DNA of 64,000 bases, taken from NCBI GenBank assembly GCA_041649175.1, contig JBAZNR010000001.1:975497-1039496 (forward strand), in the 5' to 3' direction. Positions 27,480-37,686 of this stretch are shown in pieces. The position numbers were made by a program, and so were the translations under genes. A model generated the notes under the pieces. That model worked only from the letters and a program-made list of their open reading frames with translations. It was not told where the DNA came from and did not search any database. The DNA comes from Candidatus Omnitrophota bacterium (GTDB lineage Bacteria > Omnitrophota > Gorgyraeia > Zapsychrales > JBAZNR01). Positions within the stretch are counted from its first letter, which is position 1; every line of letters starts with the position of its first letter.

Positions 27480-29006
27480 ATGGACGACAAAAATAAAGTA
27501 TTGATCTTTGATACAACGCTGCGCGACGGAGAACAGGCTCCGGGCGCCAGCATGAATGAAAAAGAAAAGTTAGAGATCGCTTACGCTTTGGAACGTTTGG
27601 GCGTTGACGTGATCGAGGCCGGATTTCCCGTTATCTCCGAAGGGGATTTCAATTCGGTCAAAAACATCTCAAAACATATTAAGAATTCTATCATTTGCGG
27701 TTTGGCGCGTTGTGTTAAAAAAGACATTGACGCGGCCTATGAAGCGGTAAAATCAGCCAAATATCCGCGCATTCATGTTTTCTTGGCGACATCCAAGATC
27801 CACTTGCAGTATAAATTAAAGAAAAGCGCCGATGAGATCTTGCAGATGGCGGTTGATTCGGTGAAATACGCCAAATCAAAAGTTTCTGATATTGATTTTT
27901 CTCCGGAAGATGCTTCGCGCAGCGAAAAAGATTTTCTCTATCGCGTATTGGAAGCGGTCATTGATGCCGGTGCCACAACGGTTAATATTCCCGACACGGT
28001 CGGTTATGCAACTCCAGCGGAATATGGGCAATTAATGGCGGATATCAAAAACAATGTTCCCAATATTGATAAAGCGATCATTTCAGCGCATTGCCACGAC
28101 GATCTGGGCTTAGGCGTTGCTAACTCTTTAGCGGCGGTGATCGGCGGAGCGCGCCAAGTAGAATGTACCATTAACGGCATTGGCGAACGCGCCGGCAATG
28201 CTTCCATGGAAGAGATCGTAATGGCGATCAAAACGCGCGCTGATTTTTATAAGTGCTTTACGAATATCAATACACAGGAATTTTGCCGTATTTCGCGGTT
28301 GGTGAGCAAATATACGGGGTTCATTGTTCCTCCCAACAAAGCCATCGTCGGGGCCAATGCTTTTCGGCATGAATCCGGCATTCATCAAGACGGGATCTTA
28401 AAGGAACGCTCAACGTATGAGATCATGCATGGCGAAGATGTTGGTTTTATGGAAACGGGAATGGTGTTAGGAAAACATTCCGGTCGGCACGGATTTAAAG
28501 TCCGCTTGCAAGCGTTAGGAATTAATTTAAACGATGCGCAATTAGATAAAGCCTTTGATCGGTTCAAAAATATTGCCGATAAAAAGAAACAGGTTTTTGA
28601 TGAAGACCTGATCGCCATTGTGGAAGATGAAACGAAATTAGTCCAGAACACCTGGCAATTAATTGACCTGACCATCACTAGCGGAACGAATATCGCGCCC
28701 AAGGCAAAGATCGTTTTGCAATCCAAGGGAAAAAAGCATGAGAATAGTTCTTCCGGCGACGGCCCGGTGGATGCCTGTTACAAGGCGATCGACGCTATTA
28801 CGAAGATGAAAGGCGAGTTGTTGGATTATTCTATTCAATCTGTTACTCGCGGAAAAGACGCTTTGGGCGAGGTAATGGTGAAAGCGCGTTTTGCGGATAA
28901 AAAAGTGATCGGCCATGGCGCCAGCACTGATATCATTGAGGCCTCTGCTAAAGCGTATATCAACGCCATTAACAAAGCGCTTTCTAAGGATGTCGCGAAC
29001 GACTAA
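27480..29006 (+). CDS. leuA: 2-isopropylmalate synthase / citramalate synthase family (LeuA/CimA)
   Basis: [12 protein letters not shown], a HxH motif ([18 protein letters not shown]) and a C-terminal LeuA-dimer regulatory domain. Likely start at the ATG at 27480 (ORF track start 27471). Confidence 0.8.
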   Translation: MDDKNKVLIFDTTLRDGEQAPGASMNEKEKLEIAYALERLGVDVIEAGFPVISEGDFNSVKNISKHIKNSIICGLARCVKKDIDAAYEAVKSAKYPRIHVFLATSKIHLQYKLKKSADEILQMAVDSVKYAKSKVSDIDFSPEDASRSEKDFLYRVLEAVIDAGATTVNIPDTVGYATPAEYGQLMADIKNNVPNIDKAIISAHCHDDLGLGVANSLAAVIGGARQVECTINGIGERAGNASMEEIVMAIKTRADFYKCFTNINTQEFCRISRLVSKYTGFIVPPNKAIVGANAFRHESGIHQDGILKERSTYEIMHGEDVGFMETGMVLGKHSGRHGFKVRLQALGINLNDAQLDKAFDRFKNIADKKKQVFDEDLIAIVEDETKLVQNTWQLIDLTITSGTNIAPKAKIVLQSKGKKHENSSSGDGPVDACYKAIDAITKMKGELLDYSIQSVTRGKDALGEVMVKARFADKKVIGHGASTDIIEASAKAYINAINKALSKDVAND

Positions 29007-29011
29007 ATATT

Positions 29012-29881
29012 ATGGAAGATCAAAAAACATATTACGGCTTAGTTGGCTATCCTGTTTCGCATAGCCTTTCGCCTTTAATGCATAATACGGCTTTTGCCGA
29101 GTTGGGCATTAAGGCTTCTTATGAGCTTTTTCCTCTTAAAGAAGAAGAGCTAGAGCCTTTTTTTAATCGCTTGAAGGAAAAAAGTTGCGATATCCAAGGT
29201 ATCAATGTAACGGTTCCATATAAAGAAAAAGTGATCGGTTATCTTAATGGCGTAAGCCCTTACGCGCAAAAAGCCAAAGCCGTTAATACGGTGGTGATCT
29301 CTCCTCAACGAAGCCTTCAGGGTTTCAACACGGATGGGCCGGGATTTCTGACGCATCTGACAGAGCTGGGGTTTGACACAAAGGACAAAAAAATCGCCAT
29401 GATCGGCTGCGGAGGGGTAGCGCGGGCGATCGTATCTGTCCTTTGCCTTTTGCCTGAGCGGCCGAAATTAATTACGATCTATGATGTTCAAAAAGAAAAA
29501 GCCGACGGGCTTATTAGCGATCTAGGTAGCCGTCTGGATGTAAGCATTGTAAAGAATGTCGGCGAGGTTTCTGATTTGGGCCTTAAAGAAGCTCAGTTAT
29601 TGATCAACGCGACACCTATCGGCTTAAAAGAAGAAGATCCCTGCATCGTCGATGAAAAGGCTTTGCACGAAAAAATGCTTGTTTATGATGTGATCTATAA
29701 TCCTTTGGAGACCAAGCTATTAAAAGCGGCAAAGAAAAAAGGTGCCAAAACGGCCAATGGATTAAAGATGCTTTATTATCAAGGGGTTTTGGCATTTCAA
29801 CATTGGATGAATGCTGAGTTAGAGCCGGAAGTAAAAAACAAAATGTGGCAAAGCCTAGTGAAAGGGCTTTCGGCCCATTAA
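29012..29881 (+). CDS. aroE: Shikimate dehydrogenase
   Basis: YGLVGYPVSHSLSPLMHNTAF N-terminus and a Rossmann GCGGVARA. Confidence 0.85.
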   Translation: MEDQKTYYGLVGYPVSHSLSPLMHNTAFAELGIKASYELFPLKEEELEPFFNRLKEKSCDIQGINVTVPYKEKVIGYLNGVSPYAQKAKAVNTVVISPQRSLQGFNTDGPGFLTHLTELGFDTKDKKIAMIGCGGVARAIVSVLCLLPERPKLITIYDVQKEKADGLISDLGSRLDVSIVKNVGEVSDLGLKEAQLLINATPIGLKEEDPCIVDEKALHEKMLVYDVIYNPLETKLLKAAKKKGAKTANGLKMLYYQGVLAFQHWMNAELEPEVKNKMWQSLVKGLSAH

Positions 29882-29891
29882 GGGATAAAAT

Positions 29892-30686
29892 ATGATAGAG
29901 ACAATTTGGCCTTTGTTCATGTTTATTTTAGGATCGATGATCGGAAGCTTTCTTAATGTCTGCATCGTGCGCATGCCGCAGGAACGCTCCATTGTTTTTC
30001 CGCGTTCACACTGCGTTCACTGCCAGAAACAGATCGCTTGGTATGACAATATTCCGTTTGTCAGTTATCTTGTCCTTCGGGGGAAATGCCGCTTTTGTAA
30101 AAAGCCTATTTCTTTTCGGTATTTTCTGGTGGAATTCATAACGGCAGTTTTTTTCTTAGGGTTTTATCTTTATTTCGGGCTTAACGGACAATTATTTGCG
30201 TATCTTGTTTTGGTGTGCGGCCTTATTGTGGCGACCTTTGTTGATTTGGAACATAGGATCATTCCTGATGAAATTAGCGTCGGAGGAATGGTCGTAGGGT
30301 TTATTTTAAGCTGCGCTTTGCCGCAATTGCACAATACCAATTCTCATCTTGTGGCTATGGGGCAATCGGCATTAGGGATTCTAGTTGGCGGCGGAACGAT
30401 CTATGCGATGGGCCTTTTAGGCGATCTTATCTTTAAGAAAGAATCTATGGGTGGGGGAGATGTAAAATTTCTGGCGATGATCGGCGCGTTTTTAGGCTGG
30501 AAAATGGCGGTTGCGACATTTTTCATTGCTCCTATTTTTGGAGCTGTGGCCGGAATTATTGTCAAGATCCGCACGAAAGAAAGCGTTATTGCTTACGGGC
30601 CGTTTCTGGCTTTAGGAGCACTTATTAGTCTTTTTTGGTCGGGACCGTTAATCGAGTGGTTTTTGAGCGGCTACGGACTTTATTAG
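29892..30686 (+). CDS. pilD: Prepilin peptidase (A24 family; type IV pilin leader peptidase/N-methyltransferase)
   Basis: N-terminal Zn-binding CxxC...CxxC (CVHCQK...CRFCKK), catalytic Asp regions and a multi-TM topology. Confidence 0.85.
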   Translation: MIETIWPLFMFILGSMIGSFLNVCIVRMPQERSIVFPRSHCVHCQKQIAWYDNIPFVSYLVLRGKCRFCKKPISFRYFLVEFITAVFFLGFYLYFGLNGQLFAYLVLVCGLIVATFVDLEHRIIPDEISVGGMVVGFILSCALPQLHNTNSHLVAMGQSALGILVGGGTIYAMGLLGDLIFKKESMGGGDVKFLAMIGAFLGWKMAVATFFIAPIFGAVAGIIVKIRTKESVIAYGPFLALGALISLFWSGPLIEWFLSGYGLY

Positions 30687-30711
30687 TAAGTTATTGTAAA
30701 TGTTATCTTTG

Positions 30712-30762
30712 AAAGAGGCGGTTCGCCTCGCCAAAGCCCATGGCGAGGCGAACCGCCTCTTT
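30712..30762. terminator. Very stable GC-rich hairpin (19-bp stem) whose arms are themselves palindromic. Likely a bidirectional intrinsic terminator after pilD.
   Basis: aaagaggcggttcgcctcgcc-aaagcccatg-gcgaggcgaaccgcctcttt. Each arm contains GAGGCG-N3-CGCCTC. Confidence 0.6.
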
Positions 30763-30798
30763 AATTCTAAAAGCCCATCGCATAACTTCCTATAATAA

Positions 30799-30827
30799 TT
30801 GACAGCTTTTGCCTGCAGTGTTACAAT
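30799..30827 (+). promoter_or_regulatory. Near-consensus sigma70 promoter TTGACA-17 nt-TACAAT ending 7 nt before the aroK ATG. Predicts a leaderless aroK mRNA.
   Basis: ttgaca 30799-30804, 17-nt spacer, tacaat 30822-30827, ATG at 30835. There is no Shine-Dalgarno sequence. Confidence 0.5.
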
Positions 30828-30834
30828 CCTCGCC

Positions 30835-31335
30835 ATGAATAAGAATATTGTTTTAGTCGGATTTATGGGCGCAGGTAAATCTGTGACAGCTAAGCAGTTG
30901 CAAGAGCTTTCCCAGAGAAGCCTTGTTTCGACCGACGAATTGATCGAAAAAAAGGAAGGCAAGGCGATCAGCCGGATCTTTCAGGAAAACGGTGAAGCCT
31001 ATTTTCGTGATCTGGAGCGAAAAGTCATCGAAGAGATCTCTCGAAAAGAAAATCTCATTATTGATTGCGGCGGCGGCGTTATTCTCGACCAGGGCAATAT
31101 CGACAATTTAAAGAAAAACGGTGTTATTTTCTACCTTAAGGTATCACCGGAAATTATTTATGAGCGTATCAAGCACGAAACGCATCGTCCGCTCTTGAAG
31201 GTGGACAATCCAAAAATAAAAATTAAAGAGCTGCTAGAGAAAAGACAATCCCGCTACGAACAAGCCGACCAGATAATCGATACTTCCGGAAAGACCATTG
31301 ATCAGGTTGCCGGCAGCATTTTAAAATTAATTTAG
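30835..31335 (+). CDS. aroK: Shikimate kinase
   Basis: MNKNIVLVGFMGAGKSVTAKQL Walker A. ORF track start is 30799, but that codon lies inside the promoter hexamers. Confidence 0.85.
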   Translation: MNKNIVLVGFMGAGKSVTAKQLQELSQRSLVSTDELIEKKEGKAISRIFQENGEAYFRDLERKVIEEISRKENLIIDCGGGVILDQGNIDNLKKNGVIFYLKVSPEIIYERIKHETHRPLLKVDNPKIKIKELLEKRQSRYEQADQIIDTSGKTIDQVAGSILKLI

Positions 31336-31336
31336 C

Positions 31337-32449
31337 ATGAATGAAGCAGAAGCTTTGATGGCTTTAAATGCGGTTCCCGGATTAGGGAATGCCCGCATTA
31401 AGAAATTGATCGACCGTTTTGGCTGTGCCAAAACCGTTTTTTCTTCCTCGGCCAAGGACCTTGGATCTAGCGGTATTGTTTCATCGGAAATAGTCAACTT
31501 GATAAAAACCCTCGATGTCGACGACTATTTGAAACAAGAAGCTCAATTGATCAAGCGTTTTGGGACAGAGGTTGTCGCGTTTACGGATGAACAATATCCT
31601 AAAAACCTTAAAGAAATTCCCGATTGTCCGGTGCTTTTGTATTGTAAAGGAAATATCTCAAAGCTTGATCATTTGGCCGTTGCCGTTGTCGGCTCTCGAA
31701 AAGCATCGATGTATGGACAGGCGACCGCGGAGAAGCTGGGTACAAATTTAGCCGAATTAGGAATAGCGGTTGTTTCGGGGATGGCGCGCGGCATTGATAC
31801 GTGCGCGCACCGGGGAGCGTTAAAAGCAAAAGGCATAACGGCCGCTGTTTTAGGCTGCGGCTTGTCGCATATTTATCCGCCGGAAAATAAAAAATTATTT
31901 GATCAAATTGCCGAGCAAGGAACGGTTATTTCAGAATTCTCGATGGCAACGCCACCTGCGGCTTATCATTTTCCTCAGCGCAATCGGATCATTAGCGGGC
32001 TTTCTTTAGGCGTTGTGGTGGTAGAGGCATCCTTTAAAAGCGGAGCGCTTATTACCAGCGATTTTGCTCTAGAACAAGGACGGGAAGTTTTTGCTGTTCC
32101 CGGGAAAATTGATAATCCGGCGGCCTTAGGTGTTAATCGCCTCATTCAACAAGGGGCGAAGCTCATTAATGGCGTTGAAGATATCATTGAAGAATTAAAG
32201 CCGCATCTTCAGCTTCCCGTTGAAAGAAGTATTCAAAAAGAAGAGGAAAAGACGGTTTTACACGATCCTCTTGACCCAAAACAGGGAGGCGTCTATCGGC
32301 TTCTCAATAAGGAACCGGCGCATATCGACACATTGGTTGATAAAACTCAGTTTTCTTTGCCGCAAATATCATCAATTCTGCTACAATTAGAGCTCAAAAA
32401 GCTTATTAAACAGTTGCCGGGAAAGTTTTTTGTCCGGATAGAGAAATAA
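31337..32449 (+). CDS. dprA: DNA-processing protein A (Smf)
   Basis: AVVGSRKASMYGQ...VVSGMARGIDTCAHRGAL Rossmann-like DprA core, plus a C-terminal winged-helix. Confidence 0.85.
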   Translation: MNEAEALMALNAVPGLGNARIKKLIDRFGCAKTVFSSSAKDLGSSGIVSSEIVNLIKTLDVDDYLKQEAQLIKRFGTEVVAFTDEQYPKNLKEIPDCPVLLYCKGNISKLDHLAVAVVGSRKASMYGQATAEKLGTNLAELGIAVVSGMARGIDTCAHRGALKAKGITAAVLGCGLSHIYPPENKKLFDQIAEQGTVISEFSMATPPAAYHFPQRNRIISGLSLGVVVVEASFKSGALITSDFALEQGREVFAVPGKIDNPAALGVNRLIQQGAKLINGVEDIIEELKPHLQLPVERSIQKEEEKTVLHDPLDPKQGGVYRLLNKEPAHIDTLVDKTQFSLPQISSILLQLELKKLIKQLPGKFFVRIEK

Positions 32450-32492
32450 TTAAGTCTTCTAGGATTTCTGTCGCACAAAAGGAAAATCATAC

Positions 32493-34484
32493 ATGGTAAA
32501 AGCACTCGTGATCGTAGAGTCACCCGCGAAAGTTAAGACGATCAATAAGATCTTGGGGAAGAATTTTAAAGTCCTTTCTTCGATGGGGCATTTGGTCGAT
32601 CTCCCTGCATCTAAACTCGGCGTTGACCTGGAGAATAACTTTAAGCCGCAATTGATCGTTATGCGTAAAAAACAAAAGGTTTTAAAGGATTTGAAGAAAG
32701 AAGCGAAAACAAAAAAAGACATTTATATCGCGACAGATCCCGATCGCGAGGGAGAAGCCATCGGCTGGAATATTGCCAATCAACTCGGTGATGAAAAAAA
32801 TTTCTACCGCATTACCTTCCATGAAATTACCAAAGATGCCGTTTTAAAGGCTTTCAAAACTCCTCGTAAGTTTGACTTAAAGAAAATTGACGCTCAAATC
32901 GCTCGTCGGATCTTAGATAGGATCGTGGGCTATCAGTTAAGCCCGCTTTTATGGAAAAAGATCGGCTCACATTTAAGCGCCGGGCGCGTTCAATCGGTGG
33001 CGCTGCGCCTTATCGTTGACCGCGAGCGTGAGATCCAGAAATTTATTCCGCAAGAGTATTGGGAGATCGCCGTCGACTTAAAAAAGAAAGGTTATGAAGA
33101 TATTCTTTGCGCTGATCTGGAAAGAATAAGCGGTGAAAAGATCGATCTGCAGGCAAAACTTCCCACCGATGATGTTGTGGCTCAGATCAAAAAAGAAGAT
33201 TTTAAGGTCACAAATATCACCAAGCGGGATGTCAAGCGCAGTCCTTCGCCTCCTTTGATCACCAGCACGCTTCAACAAGATGCTTTTAATAAATTAGGAT
33301 TTAACGCCGCTAAGACGATGATGATCGCCCAAGAACTTTATGAAGGCGTGGAATTAGAGGGGGGCGAGGCTGTCGGTCTTATTACCTATATGAGAACCGA
33401 TTCCGTCAATATCGCCAAAGAGGCTATTGAAAAAGTCCGCGGTCTTATTGAGAAATCTTACGGCAAAAAATATCTGCCCGAAAAACCTAATGTTTATAAA
33501 TCAAAGAAATCCGCCCAAGAGGCGCATGAGGCTATTCGTCCATCGGATGTTGACCGCAGCCCCGAAGATATTCAAAAATATCTCTCTGTCGATCAACTTA
33601 AGCTTTATCAGTTGATCTGGAAGCGATTTGTGGCTTGCCAAATGACAGACGCGCTTTTTGAAAGCAAAAAAATAGAAATTACCGCCGGAAAATTCCAATT
33701 CGGCGCGTCAGGATCAACGCTTAGCTTTGACGGATTTTTAATTTTGGATAAAGAATCGCGCGGCGCGGATAAAGCCATCGATCTATCGCATTACAAAACC
33801 GGCGATCTAATGGATCTCGTTGATATTCACCCCAGTCAACATTTCACCAAACCTCCGGCGCACTATTCGGAAGCAACGCTTGTTAAAGCTTTAGAAGAAG
33901 ACGGCATTGGCCGGCCCAGTACTTATGCGCCCATCATTCAAACACTGGTGTATCGTAATTATGCCAACCGTGACAAGGGGTATTTTAGCGCTACTGAACT
34001 CGGAATGATGACTTGCGATCTTCTGGTTCAATATTTTCCAAAGATCATGGATATCGGGTTTACCGCGACGATGGAGGAGCATTTAGATTTAGTGGAAGAA
34101 GGAACGCTGGAATACACGAAGCTCCTCAATGAGTTTTATCAACCATTTAAAGAAGAGCTTGAATATGCCATGGGTAAAATTGAGAAAACCCAGACACTTC
34201 TTGAGAAAAAATGTCCTCAATGCGATCGGCCGATGGTAGTCAAGTGGGGCCGGCGCGGCAAGTTCTTAAGTTGTTCCGGATTCCCCGAATGTAAATTTGC
34301 CCAAGGGTTCGGGATGGGCGTTAAATGCCCGCAGGAAAATTGCGGCGGTGAGCTTATTGAGCGCCGCTCCAAGCGCGGATCGACCTTTTACGGATGCAGT
34401 AATTATCCGACATGCAGGTTTATAGCCAATAAACTTCCTCAAGAGCAAAGCGCGCCAGGCGAAAAGCATGAACCGATACCTTGA
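32493..34484 (+). CDS. topA: DNA topoisomerase I (compact, 663 aa, two C-terminal C4 zinc ribbons)
   Basis: Toprim N-terminus [13 protein letters not shown], active-site region YMRTDS and Zn fingers CPQCDR...CSGFPEC and CPQENCGG...CSNYPTC. Confidence 0.9.
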   Translation: MVKALVIVESPAKVKTINKILGKNFKVLSSMGHLVDLPASKLGVDLENNFKPQLIVMRKKQKVLKDLKKEAKTKKDIYIATDPDREGEAIGWNIANQLGDEKNFYRITFHEITKDAVLKAFKTPRKFDLKKIDAQIARRILDRIVGYQLSPLLWKKIGSHLSAGRVQSVALRLIVDREREIQKFIPQEYWEIAVDLKKKGYEDILCADLERISGEKIDLQAKLPTDDVVAQIKKEDFKVTNITKRDVKRSPSPPLITSTLQQDAFNKLGFNAAKTMMIAQELYEGVELEGGEAVGLITYMRTDSVNIAKEAIEKVRGLIEKSYGKKYLPEKPNVYKSKKSAQEAHEAIRPSDVDRSPEDIQKYLSVDQLKLYQLIWKRFVACQMTDALFESKKIEITAGKFQFGASGSTLSFDGFLILDKESRGADKAIDLSHYKTGDLMDLVDIHPSQHFTKPPAHYSEATLVKALEEDGIGRPSTYAPIIQTLVYRNYANRDKGYFSATELGMMTCDLLVQYFPKIMDIGFTATMEEHLDLVEEGTLEYTKLLNEFYQPFKEELEYAMGKIEKTQTLLEKKCPQCDRPMVVKWGRRGKFLSCSGFPECKFAQGFGMGVKCPQENCGGELIERRSKRGSTFYGCSNYPTCRFIANKLPQEQSAPGEKHEPIP

Positions 34485-35328
34485 AAAATTCTTGCCCTAT
34501 TTGGAAATTGAAAAGAACTATTCCAAGCACACGGTTCTCAATTATAAAATCGACTTAGAAGATTTCTTTAAGGTTGTCGGCGATGTGGCGATCGAGCAGA
34601 TCGATTACCTTGTTTTGAGAAAATATTTAGCCGCTATCCGTTCTCGCGAGCATAAGCCCCGCACGGTTGCCCGAAAACTTTCCTCGCTGCGCAGTCTGTT
34701 CAAATTCCTGCAAAGAGAAGGTTATATTAAAAATAATCCGGCTACGCTTCTCATGACGCCGAAATTAGATAAAAAACTTCCGGTTTTCTTGACGGAAGAA
34801 GAAGTATTTAAATTATTGGACGCGCCTTCCGGCGATGATGTGGCGGGGTTGCGTGATCGGGCGATTTTAGAAACACTTTACAGCACCGGAATTCGCGTGA
34901 GCGAACTTGTCGGTTTGGATGTGGATGCGGTTGACCTTATTAGCAATATCGCTAAAGTAGCCGGTAAAGGAAAAAAAGAAAGACTGGCTCCTATTGGCAA
35001 CAAGGCTACTTCGGCTATTCGCGAATATTTAGGAAAAAGAAAGCATAAAAGCAGCGCTCTTTTTTTGAATAAAAACGGAACGCGGCTGACAGATAGAAGT
35101 ATTCGTAACATCATCAATAAGTATATTCATTTGATAAGCCTACGCGCCAGCCTTTCTCCGCATGCGTTGCGGCATTCCTTCGCGACACATATGCTTAATC
35201 GAGGCGCGGATTTGCGTTCGGTCCAAGAGCTTTTAGGGCATGTGAATCTTTCCACAACACAGATCTACACACATATGACAACCGAAAAGATAAAAGGGGT
35301 TTACGATAAGGCGCATCCGCGCGCTTAA
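34468..35328 (+). CDS. xerC: Tyrosine recombinase XerC/XerD
   Basis: N-terminal SAM-like domain and catalytic R..HxxR..Y ([11 protein letters not shown]...TQIYTH). Overlaps the topA 3' end by 17 nt. Confidence 0.85.
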   Translation: MNRYLEKFLPYLEIEKNYSKHTVLNYKIDLEDFFKVVGDVAIEQIDYLVLRKYLAAIRSREHKPRTVARKLSSLRSLFKFLQREGYIKNNPATLLMTPKLDKKLPVFLTEEEVFKLLDAPSGDDVAGLRDRAILETLYSTGIRVSELVGLDVDAVDLISNIAKVAGKGKKERLAPIGNKATSAIREYLGKRKHKSSALFLNKNGTRLTDRSIRNIINKYIHLISLRASLSPHALRHSFATHMLNRGADLRSVQELLGHVNLSTTQIYTHMTTEKIKGVYDKAHPRA

Positions 35329-35342
35329 GTTTTTTAAACGCT

Positions 35343-36605
35343 ATGGTTATTTTCTACGATTCTTTTTTTATTCTTTTTGCTGTTATCTATTTCCCTTATC
35401 TTTGCCTTAAAGGAAAATGGCATAACGATTTTGTTATGCGCTTTGGGTTTTTCCCCGGCTCTTTAAGAAGATCAATTTCGTCGCGAAAGAATATTTGGGT
35501 TCATGCCGTAAGTGTCGGGGAAGTCTTGGCGGTTGCTAAACTCATCCGTGGCATTAAAGAACAATATCCGTCGCATCAAATTGTTGTTTCAACTGTGACA
35601 ACAACCGGATTTAAAATGGCTTGTCTTAATTTTCCCCAAGATATTGTGATCTATGCGCCGGTAGACTTTAGTTTTTCCGTGAATCGTTATATTAAATTGA
35701 TCTCTCCTCAACTTTATATTGCCGCCGAAACAGAAATTTGGCCGAATTTATTTCATGCGTTAAGCAAGAAGAGTGTTCCTATTATTCAGGTGAACGGCCG
35801 TATTTCCGATAAAGCGTTTAACCGATACCGTTTGGTTCAATTTATTTTACGTCCTATTTTAAATTGTGTTCGCCTTTTTTGTGTGCAAAGCGAGCAAGAT
35901 GCCAAGCGCATTATTGCGCTAGGTGCTAAAGAAAAAAACGTTAGAATAACCGGCAATATGAAATTTGATGACCTGCCGGAAATGGACGGGCCAGCGTTAG
36001 AAAACCTTGGGCTTAACGAAGGAGATGCCGTTTTGGTCGGCGGCAGCACTCATCCCGGGGAAGAAGAAATTCTGGTTAATATCTTCAGAGAATTATCTAA
36101 GGAATTTTCTTCTCTTCGCTTGATCATCGCGCCGCGGCACATTGAACGGGCGGATGATATTTTTAAGCTTATTGAAAAGCAAGGGCTCAGGGCGCAAAAA
36201 TTCTCTCAAATTAAAAATGAGAAGCCGCAAGGTCGGCCAGTTATTGTCGTTGATGCGATGGGGCATCTACGCTTACTTTATAAATTGGCAAAAATTGTTT
36301 TTGTAGGAAAAAGTTTAACCAAGCGCGGCGGCCAAAACATCATTGAGCCGGCGTGTTTTGCGAAGCCTATCATCGTTGGACCCTGGACGGAAAATTTCAA
36401 AGATGTGGTCAATATTTTCGCGCGTGAAAGATCTATTATCCAGGTTAATGATGAACGCGAGCTTCTCAATGAAGTGCGGAATTTATTGAAAGATCCACAG
36501 CAAGCACAGCGCTTAGGGTCTTTAGCGAAAAATGTTGTTCAAAAAAATCAAGGCGCAACAAAGCGCACCTTAGAAATAATTACAAAAGAAGCAGCATTGG
36601 CGTAA
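35343..36605 (+). CDS. waaA: 3-deoxy-D-manno-octulosonic acid (Kdo) transferase
   Basis: N-terminal TM helix and VHAVSVGEV motif. 420 aa, GT30. Confidence 0.85.
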   Translation: MVIFYDSFFILFAVIYFPYLCLKGKWHNDFVMRFGFFPGSLRRSISSRKNIWVHAVSVGEVLAVAKLIRGIKEQYPSHQIVVSTVTTTGFKMACLNFPQDIVIYAPVDFSFSVNRYIKLISPQLYIAAETEIWPNLFHALSKKSVPIIQVNGRISDKAFNRYRLVQFILRPILNCVRLFCVQSEQDAKRIIALGAKEKNVRITGNMKFDDLPEMDGPALENLGLNEGDAVLVGGSTHPGEEEILVNIFRELSKEFSSLRLIIAPRHIERADDIFKLIEKQGLRAQKFSQIKNEKPQGRPVIVVDAMGHLRLLYKLAKIVFVGKSLTKRGGQNIIEPACFAKPIIVGPWTENFKDVVNIFARERSIIQVNDERELLNEVRNLLKDPQQAQRLGSLAKNVVQKNQGATKRTLEIITKEAALA

Positions 36606-36609
36606 GATT

Positions 36610-37686
36610 ATGAAGAAATGTTTTTATGAATTAGCGACTGACCAGCGTCATGGCATTATAGACGCGCCCGTAAAGCTTCTTCTTGGGATCTTGTCGGTGT
36701 TTTATTTTTGCGCTGTCCGTGTGATCTTGGTACTTTATAGGTTTGGTATTTTGAAACAGCGTGTTCTTCCTAAGCCGGTTATCAGTATTGGTAATATGAC
36801 TTTAGGCGGTACCGGAAAAACGCCTCTGGTGGAATTTGTTGCAAGAGCATTGCGGGATAAAGGAGTTAAAAGCGCTGTGCTTATCCGAGGCTATATGGAT
36901 AAAAATAGCGCGGGATTGTCGAATAATACGGCGAGCGATGAAGCGGTTTTACTTAAAGAGTTGCTTAAAGATATCCCTGTTTTTGTTGGGGCTGACCGAT
37001 TTCGATCCGGACAAGAAGCTTTAAAAAATAATTCTATCGATGTTTTCCTTCTGGATGACGGATTTCAACATTGGAAATTAAAACGTGATTTGGATATTGT
37101 GGCTATTGATGCGTCGCGGCCGTTCGGCAATGGATTTTTAATTCCCAGAGGTATTTTACGCGAACCTTTAAGCTCGCTATCTCGGGCCGGAATTTTTATT
37201 ATTACGAAATCTGATCTTGACTATTCAAATTTAGAGAAGATTTATAACTGTTTGCGCAAAATCAATCCCAAAGCAATTGTTGCCGAGAGCATTCACAAGC
37301 CCATCGCGTTTATCAATTTATCAAAATCCAATTCATCAGTAGGCTTGTCGGCTTTAAAAAGTAAATCGGCTTGCCTATTATGCAGTATTGCAGATCCGAA
37401 CGCTTTCAAGCAAACCGTGCTTAATTTAGGCGTTAATCTGCGAAAAGAATTTACATTTATTGATCATTATATTTACCGGAAGAATGATGTTATGTCGGTC
37501 GTTGAATTCTGCAAGCAAAATAAGATCGAGTCCGTTATATCGACCCAAAAAGATGCCGTTAAGCTTATGAAATATGTAGATTGCTTTAAAGATGGACCGG
37601 ATCTTTTGAGTTTATCCATTAAGATTGAATTAATAAAAGGAAAAGATGAAGTTATTTCTCGAATCACTTCTATGTGCCTTCGTTAG
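36610..37686 (+). CDS. lpxK: Tetraacyldisaccharide 4'-kinase
   Basis: GNMTLGGTGKTPLVEFV P-loop. 358 aa. Confidence 0.85.
   Translation: MKKCFYELATDQRHGIIDAPVKLLLGILSVFYFCAVRVILVLYRFGILKQRVLPKPVISIGNMTLGGTGKTPLVEFVARALRDKGVKSAVLIRGYMDKNSAGLSNNTASDEAVLLKELLKDIPVFVGADRFRSGQEALKNNSIDVFLLDDGFQHWKLKRDLDIVAIDASRPFGNGFLIPRGILREPLSSLSRAGIFIITKSDLDYSNLEKIYNCLRKINPKAIVAESIHKPIAFINLSKSNSSVGLSALKSKSACLLCSIADPNAFKQTVLNLGVNLRKEFTFIDHYIYRKNDVMSVVEFCKQNKIESVISTQKDAVKLMKYVDCFKDGPDLLSLSIKIELIKGKDEVISRITSMCLR

Noticed and set aside
34468-35328. xerC as a marker of an integrated mobile element
   Set aside because: There are no flanking direct repeats, no phage or ICE cargo, and the tRNA genes are 21 kb away. 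The gene sits in the conserved dprA-topA-xer housekeeping context.
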